Shown in pieces: positions 58,001 through 64,000 of a stretch of 64,000 nt of DNA. Origin of the DNA: Chrysomallon squamiferum (Eukaryota > Animalia > Mollusca); the NCBI GenBank assembly GCA_012295275.1, contig CM022669.1, forward strand, positions 18,600,001-18,664,000. The letters are read 5' to 3'. The position numbers and the translations under genes are program-made. The notes beneath the pieces were generated by a model. The model was not told the DNA's origin. It did not search any database and was given only the letters and a program-made list of their open reading frames with translations. Numbering within the stretch: the stretch's first letter is position 1; every line of letters begins with the position of its first letter.

Positions 58001-59606
58001 ACCAAATCACATAAAGATGTTTTGGGCAGATTTCAGACTGTATCAACCGTTAGAAAACAAATGCAACCATCTACAATGAAACCAACCAGAACAACACCTA
58101 GATTCAATGTTCGAGGAAAACTTGGCGAAAAAATAAGAAATGGGAAGTTTGGTTTAAAACTAGATATGAATAACATTAAATTTTCTGTTAAAAAGAAGTC
58201 AGGCTTGACACAAAAGAAGAAACCTGATTCTTCAGTTAAATCAAATAAAGATCGCGAAAGCAAACTTTTGAAAAACAAAATTCCTGTCAAAACTTCAAAT
58301 ACTGACACAATATTACCAAGTACACCTTAATGAAAACCAAACAGGAAAAAGCAGATTTAAGATGATTTCAAAACACACTACAAAGAAAACTATGGAAACT
58401 GTTAAAAACAAGGTTGAAATAACTCCTTCGTCGGTTACTGGAAAAACTACTTACAGGTCGAGCTCGAAAACCAATCGGAAATTCAAAGGCAAAGAAAATA
58501 ACAACAAAGCAATGATGTCGACAACAAAAACGACTAGAAAGTCTATCAAACAAACGACATCTCTTCCAAGTGGGTCAACCATCCAAACGAAAGATTATGA
58601 CCACAATGAGTAACATAGCGCTAACGAACAGAAGCAAGACGAAACTGAAGATGTTGAACAAAACGACCACAATGAAACCATCAACTCAGAAACGATCAGT
58701 GTCGTACGAAACAACCAGTAAACAGAAAATAAATCGAAGCAAATACAACAAAAACACAGTGACTAAAGAAATGTTAGTTACTACCCAGTCTACACGAAAA
58801 GGAACCCCAAAACCAAAAGTGAAGTCTATTAAAACACCAAAAGAACAGAACAACAAAGGAAAATATTCTCTTCATAAAAAGACATCTACAAAGAAAGCTA
58901 AACCTTCCGTGAAACCAAAAATATCGAACATTCCTAAAAACATTTTGAACAAGAAGACATTTTCAGGAATGCGAAAATTCGATGTTAAAGATGTATTAGA
59001 CTTCAAAATAGGCATTGACAAAACGACCAAGAAGCCAATCATCAAGCATCAGCCAACAAAACCTGCAGCCAGAAAGACCACAGTAAGAACAAAACCTACT
59101 AAAACGACTGCAAAACCAGAAAAAGCGACCCAAACCTAACGTTAATAAAATCCCAGCAGCGAAAAACATCCCCAAACAATCGCCTAGACCACCACCCCCT
59201 TCAGTTCCTTTCGAATCCCTCGGTCCGAGGTCCTGGAGTGATTGTTCCAGACGAAGGTCTGTTTGTTCCCAGGTTTGTTCTCCCAGAGGACATCAGAAGG
59301 GCTTTAAACAGGAACGTTTCAGAAGGGGACGTTGCTATGGCGATCCCTCCCGGCTCGGAGGCGAGACACGCTGGTCTGCAGGTCAGACGACTCAACATCA
59401 AGACTGTGTTTAACCGGTACTGGCCGGCCATCCTGGGACTGACGATAGGAACCGTCTTCCTGGTTGCTGCTATCCTCACCTCAGTGGCGTGTCGTGCACA
59501 AAGGTCAGTCAGTTCAAATGATACAGTTTTTCTTTTTTCACTCTTTTCTGCCAGGTGTCGTCGCAAAACAAAAACAATCGGGATCAGGGTAGTATGGTCA
59601 GGTTAA
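15657..59606 (+). CDS. Multi-exon gene: Notch-ligand-like MNNL/C2-domain type I membrane protein with giant basic mucin-like stalk (no complete DSL, no EGF repeats); ~2,500 aa after frameshift correction
   Basis: Manual join 15657-15707, 36932-37101, 49895-50018, 51347-51504, 52535-59503, 59555-59606. All introns are GT-AG with compatible phases (0,2,0,2,2). Translation begins MVKWTHLCFVILLLSSV-FESCESRGVLTVRLLNFKNPKGRTYDGSCCDQ..., which resembles by eye the N-terminal MNNL domain of Delta/Jagged. TM helix near 59421-59492. Confidence 0.8.
15803..15846. repeat. 12-bp tandem repeat (acggacgcactt) x ~3.6, at the start of intron 1
   Basis: Directly visible. Confidence 0.9.
21814..22137. repeat. 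Degenerate (GTT)/(ATT) trinucleotide tract
   Basis: Direct observation. It accounts for the overlapping poly-Asn, poly-Val and poly-Leu ORFs. Confidence 0.9.
27800..27856. repeat. 25-bp local direct duplication (aaaatgcgc.tgacgagaacataaa x2)
   Basis: Directly visible, one mismatch. Confidence 0.75.
30890..31004. repeat. 39-bp tandem repeat, ~3 copies (ccaggaaatcgattttaacgttgatattcaacacacaac)
   Basis: Two near-identical copies plus one diverged first copy, read directly from the sequence. Confidence 0.9.
34443..34610. repeat. Compound (ACA)/(ACT)/(AAT) microsatellite
   Basis: Direct observation. Confidence 0.9.
36932..37101 (+). CDS. Coding exon 2: end of signal peptide and first part of MNNL/C2 domain (FESCESRGVLTVRLLNFKNPKGRTYDGSCCDQVPRRNGVCPDQCDYVMRLIVSGLG)
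   Basis: Pyrimidine-rich acceptor ttttgtttgttctgtttccag| and donor AAG|GTAGGT. The pattern G-x-L/F-x-L/V-x-L-x-x-F-x-N-x-x-G...G-x-CC...C...CD parallels the Jagged/Delta N-terminus. Confidence 0.9.
37258..37620. repeat. Degenerate AT-rich minisatellite, ~70-85-bp unit, 4-5 copies
   Basis: Recurring blocks atatttaatattaatggaacagagat and taatattaaagaaa just downstream of exon 2. Confidence 0.7.
37806..37901. repeat. (TCTG)/(TCTA)n tetranucleotide microsatellite
   Basis: Direct observation. Confidence 0.9.
40502..40592. repeat. (GAAT)/(GAAC)n tetranucleotide microsatellite
   Basis: Direct observation. Confidence 0.9.
45847..46731. repeat. Long inverted repeat: ~178-bp arms (45847-46023 and 46553-46731) around a ~530-bp spacer, in intron 2
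   Basis: Left arm cttttatattgtacttaagtgttg...agccattcaacgatga is the reverse complement of right arm tcatcgctgaatggct...caacacttaagtacaatataaaag, with only a handful of differences. Confidence 0.92.
49895..50018 (+). CDS. Coding exon 3: MNNL/C2 middle (R-ANDHVFLFHRPLKYDSNDISFGEDQSSEMVLTVLFDQWPET)
   Basis: Acceptor ttcttcttgctgctgttttacag| and donor ACG|GTAAGT. 124 nt, phase 2 in and phase 0 out, open frame. Ends in F-x-x-WP, the hallmark MNNL motif. It is absent from the supplied ORF track. Confidence 0.85.
51347..51504 (+). CDS. Coding exon 4: MNNL/C2 C-terminal strands (GHVKMNVFFYDYDDFDHTTLLVDWFETELIRTVEKGDYENTVVKGNRQEDKT)
   Basis: Acceptor ttatttattgtacag| and donor CT|GTAAGT. Phase 0 in and phase 2 out. 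The beta-strand / acidic loop / 'LVD' arrangement is typical of C2-type folds. Confidence 0.85.
52065..52500. repeat. (AAT)/(GAT)/(GAC) low-complexity tract in intron 4, just upstream of the giant exon
   Basis: Direct observation. Confidence 0.85.
52535..59503 (+). CDS. Giant coding exon 5 (6,969 nt): LKFEWSVECYTEDDC, then Lys/Thr/Ser-rich low-complexity stalk, juxtamembrane segment and TM helix; interrupted by ~10 frameshifts in this sequence
   Basis: Acceptor ctaattccag| in phase 2 puts it in frame with ORF 52620. Ten consecutive + strand ORFs tile 52620-59606, most of them Lys/Thr/Ser-rich. No microsatellites for 7 kb, unlike the introns. Donor AAG|GTCAGT at 59504. Confidence 0.75.
55833..56260 (+). 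repeat. Coding tandem repeat, ~93-nt (31-aa) unit, ~4.5 copies: PHTHxYTRRTTPxRSFRxRxRxTTTPTPSTL
   Basis: Units start at 55833, 55926, 56021, 56114 and about 56204. Unit 2 is 95 nt, 2 nt longer than its neighbours. Confidence 0.9.
57656..57775 (+). repeat. Coding 24-nt (8-aa) tandem repeat: SYKHMSTK AYNKMSTR SYNQMSTR SYNQMSTG KYHQTSTT
   Basis: Visible in the ORF 57470-58330 translation and in the DNA (tacaa.cagatgtcaacc). Confidence 0.85.
59421..59492 (+). other. Predicted transmembrane helix WPAILGLTIGTVFLVAAILTSVAC
   Basis: 24 uncharged, mostly hydrophobic residues followed by basic residues (RAQR-CRRKTK), consistent with type I topology. Confidence 0.85.
59555..59606 (+). CDS. Probable coding exon 6: short cytoplasmic tail (R-CRRKTKTIGIRVVWSG*)
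   Basis: Strong polypyrimidine acceptor tttttcttttttcactcttttctgccag| at 59554, in the phase of the 59504 donor, defining a 51-nt intron. The 3' end is uncertain because internal GT sites could splice onward. Confidence 0.5.
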
Positions 59607-59845
59607 GCCATTTATAGGAACTGCCTGTTAATATTAGTACGCAGTTTCTGTCTATATCTGACCGAATGAATTCATAAGCAAAGGTTTTATAACAATAGCA
59701 AAGTTTAATAAATGCATTAATAAACTGTTACATGCAGAGTAGCGATAAGAAGCAGACAAAAAAAAAAAAAAAATCTACAACAAACAAATAAAAAATATAT
59801 ATTAGATTGAATTATTATTATGACTTTTTATTCTGTTCAAATCTC

Positions 59846-59905
<60 letters not shown>

Positions 59906-60230
59906 CCTAAGTAAATAAAGAGAGAACAAATATCATGAAACTAATTCAGATTTAAAAATTAATTAACACTATATTAATATTTACTTTCCAATCCCCTGCC
60001 CACTGACTGCTTGTTACATTTGGTGATAAGACTTATGAAGGAAAAAAAATATGAGAGTAATTATGTTATTCTTTATTCATTTATATGGCTTGAATTTTTC
60101 TATCTGTGGAAAGCTGTAATCATTTAGCATAAAACAGCAATAATAATAACAATAAATAAATATTAAAATCAGATTATTATTATTATTATTTTTTTAGGTT
60201 TCATTATCGTTTTATAGTTTTAAATATTAC

Positions 60231-60234
<4 letters not shown>

Positions 60235-60324
<90 letters not shown>
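60235..60324. repeat. (CT)n microsatellite
   Basis: Direct observation. Confidence 0.95.
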
Positions 60325-60325
<1 letters not shown>

Positions 60326-62544
60326 AGTATGTGTGTTTGTGTGTGTCCGCGCGTGCGTGTCTTCGCAATAAGCAACTCATAGGCAACGCAACTGAAACAG
60401 TTTAAGAAGATCAATTAAAAATTATTGGGTAAAGTCCGTTTTCAGAGAGTAACAGACGTCCAGAATATGTAAAAAGAAATGATGTCATGCTTGAATTGAT
60501 CTTAATTGTATATTTTAACTTTTAATTCTTATTTACTGCTTTCTTTGAAACTATCATCTATCTTACACTGTACGTATTTGTTCAAAGTGTAAAGTTATAT
60601 GTACCACAGACACATAATATTATTATTCTTAATTCAATGATGCCAAGGTACTGTATCACTTTGGATTGCTTTCACTTCTGACGTACTCAGGCAGAAAATG
60701 AAATAAGAATTAACTTATATACCTATATACTAACAAGAAGATACATAAATAATAATAATAATAAAACAAAATCAAAATTAAATAAAATGAAATATAATTT
60801 AAATAAATTTAAATATTATTATAATTAAATAAATATTATTTAATCATATCACTAATCAAGCATTAAACAACCATTTATCAACACACATTCACATAAAAGA
60901 AATATTTATTAACTGTACATCAAGTGTATTAATTATTGTGTATTAAATCAGTTAATTATTTCTTACTGTTATCGTTTCAGGTAAGATAAATATAGCGTAG
61001 ATAGGTACACAGTACTTGGACATATGTAAGTATATAATATTAAGAATGAAATACTGGTAGAAAGATGAGAAACCAGTGTTACGTAAGTAAAAGTTTATTT
61101 TGTAGATTTGTGTCTGATATGCATATGTGCACGTTACTCATTCTTGACGTTTTCATTTATTCATATGGGAATAATAATAACAGTAATCGTAGTAACAGAG
61201 TAATGGTAATAGTAGGAGTAATAGTAGTTAAAGTGCATTAGTGGAGGCAGAAGTTATAGTAATAGTAGTAGCAGTATTGGTAGAAACAGTAGTAGTAGAG
61301 TAGTAGTAGAAGTAGTGAGAGCAGTAGTAGTAGACTAGTAGTCAAAGTAGTATCAGAAGTAGTCAAAGTAATAAGAATAGTAGAAGTAGAATAGTTAACT
61401 ACAACAGAAGCTGTCGATATTCAGTAGCTATACTTTTTACACACCTTAATTATTTGTGATAAATATAAATGTTGTTGTTGTTGTTGTTGCTGTTGTTATC
61501 AGTACGTTTTACAAATCTGTGACCACGACAAACATTTCGTGTGTAACTCTAACACCTTCAAAACAAATCTGGAATATATACAAGTTTAGTTTCATTACAT
61601 GGCGGTTTTATTCCCTTATCTAAGATCTTAATTCCTAGAATCTAAAGGTGATTTCAGAATTTATTCCTAAACTGATTTTGGCCTAATTAATTATTTAATT
61701 ACACTGGTGACGAATTAAGAATTATTAAGAATTCCAAAACAATTGTTTTCATAGTTAATAAACACAGATTATCATTTTATTTAATATATTCATTTAATCT
61801 GAAAAATATCTAGAAATTAAAAAAAATAAATTGAAATCAAAATCAAAACAGTAAAAATCAATAAATAAATCAATAAATCAATCAATAAATAAAATAAAGA
61901 ACGAAAAAAAATAGGAAAAAAATAATAATATGAAATACATGAAAAAGATTAATAAAAAGAGATAAATAAATAAAATAATAATAAAAATATATAAAATAAT
62001 AAATAAATAAATAAATAAAATAAATAAAAAGATAAATCATATATCGGTTCAAAATATCGTGAAACAATATTAATATCTGTGATACCGTATAAACGGGTCG
62101 TTCGGTTTATCTCGCATTTTATCTTGGAAATGGTCAACATCACGTGTTTTGTTCAGTTATCAAACTCAGCTGTTTTATTACATTATGTTCCTTTTAAAAA
62201 TTACAAAGAAATTTAAAATATTTGTTAACACAATTGATACATTTATATTTTTGATGCTAGCCAATTTAAGAAGAAAGAAAAAAACAAATAAAACAAAATA
62301 AAATAAAATAAAATAAAAAATAAAAATAAAAATAAAAATAAAAATAAAATAACAATAAAATAAAGTAAAATAAAATAAAAATAAAAATATAAAAGAAATT
62401 TAAAACATTTCAGTTTTCTAACAACAAAATACTCTGAAATCAAACCTTGTATGTTCTTTCTTTGTTCATTGTGTGTTGTCCTTTTGAAAAATATAACAGC
62501 TTTATCGAGCTTCAAACCAAGAAACAATAAATTTAAATAATATA

Positions 62545-62587
<43 letters not shown>

Positions 62588-63067
62588 AAAAAAAATATTC
62601 AATAACAAAATAAAATAAATAAATAAATAAATAAATAAATAAAATAAAATAAAATAAAATAAAATAAAATAAAATAAATAAATAAATAATAACCTGGCAC
62701 ATTTCAAATATAAAATAAATAATTTAAAATAATAATGATTTTTTGACATATTTTATTACCTCTGCGTCTTTTTTTAACTCGTCCAGTTCATGGCATTTAC
62801 GCTCACGACTTTTTTTTTTTAATTTTTTTTTTTTACCTCTTCTTACAGTTTTAGTCTTTCACACGTAGATCGATCGTAGAGTTTACGCTCACATGAATAA
62901 AATAAGCCTAACACAACAGCGTTGGAGTCGATACCTTACAATGTTTGCATATATTCCATACATTCCCAGAAAAACAGAAAACAAAAACAACAACAACAAC
63001 AAAAAAAATCGTCGGGAATAATTTGTCACTGAATATCGTACACTTCTTTAAGATCTATATTTTCTTT

Positions 63068-63103
<36 letters not shown>

Positions 63104-63682
63104 TTCAAATTGTAGGGATTTGGTGATTCGGAAAATGCCATTTCCTTCCACATTTTTGTTGTTGTTTTATTTTTCCTTTTTCGTTCATAGGCATAAAAAC
63201 AAGTATTCAAATAACTACCGTTTCCTTTCGGTTTCAGTTCTTGTAAAGGAAAACAAACTGATTTATTCAACAACAAAAAAGTGATTATGTGACAATGAGC
63301 AGTTTCCTTCAACAGTTCAAGTAGAAAAAATAATTTGATATAATTTTTAAAAAAGTCTTATTATTAAAAGTTTTACAGAATGTTTCCTACTACTGACAGC
63401 GAGTGTAAATGTTTTTCAGCGTATAAACATTGTACAATTTATAAATATATTTGTATTATTTTATTTTATTTTAGTTATTATTTTATATAACATACAGAAA
63501 AATTATATGCCATTCATACAAATATCTTAAATGTATTTCATGTAAATCTAGCTGATTATTAACTTTTGACTAGCTTATTATTATTATTATTTTATCATCA
63601 TCATCATCATCATCATTTTACCTTATTATAATAATTTATCCTATATTAGAGTTAGTATGTATATATTCAATATGTGTGATCC

Positions 63683-63720
<38 letters not shown>

Positions 63721-63779
63721 TTTGTTAAAATATTCATCTCTTAAATTCAGAAACTACCGTTTTTGTAAAGAATTATTAC

Positions 63780-64000
63780 CACCTATTTCTATGAATTATA
63801 ACTAGCTTTGTTTCTAAGAACTATTACTATCTATATTACTAACAACCTATCTTAGATCTGTTACTAGCTACAGTTACAAAAATTGTAACCAGCTGTATTT
63901 ATGAGAACAATCACTACCTGAATTTCTAAACTGTATTTCTAAGAACTATTACTACCTATATTCTAAGAGTTATAACAAACAATATTTCTATGAACTATCA
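63780..64000. repeat. Degenerate ~25-bp tandem array (tatttcta.gaactattacta.c), running to the window edge
   Basis: The motif ttcta(a/t)ga recurs at about 63787, 63811, 63936, 63961 and 63986. Confidence 0.6.

Noticed and set aside
52620-59139. Treating the tiled ORFs as separate genes or a transposon/viral polyprotein
   Set aside because: They share one composition, overlap at frame changes and lie between a phase-matched acceptor and a TM segment. No RT, integrase or transposase motifs were seen.
52665-59566. Minus-strand ORFs (e.g. 53873-54643, 256 aa; 59201-59566)
   Set aside because: They are antisense shadows of the + strand exon. Their Val/Leu/Phe richness mirrors its Thr/Lys codons.
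15657-59606. Naming the gene Delta or Jagged/Serrate
   Set aside because: Only the MNNL/C2 head is similar. DSL, EGF and the signalling tail are missing, so orthology cannot be asserted.

Overview
AT-rich, microsatellite-dense eukaryotic genomic DNA. It looks invertebrate, possibly molluscan, but the taxon cannot be fixed from sequence. Nearly all listed short ORFs are microsatellite artefacts. One + strand, multi-exon gene can be assembled by hand with canonical GT-AG junctions and matching phases: 15657-15707 (signal peptide), 36932-37101, 49895-50018, 51347-51504, a ~7-kb exon at 52535-59503 and a probable short exon at 59555-59606. It encodes a type I membrane protein of about 2,500 aa. 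The N-terminus is a Notch-ligand (Delta/Jagged-type) MNNL/C2 domain. There is no complete DSL domain and no EGF repeats; a ~2,200-aa Lys/Thr/Ser/Arg-rich, almost cysteine-free stalk takes their place, followed by one TM helix and a very short basic tail. As given, the giant exon carries about 10 frameshifts, mostly +1 in short base runs, and needs no nonsense substitutions. Assembly indels are the simplest explanation, but an in-frame internal splice (52954-59250) would bypass all of them. The introns hold a ~178-bp inverted duplication, several minisatellites and CpG-containing islands that look regulatory. No RNA genes, CRISPR arrays or intact transposon ORFs were recognised.
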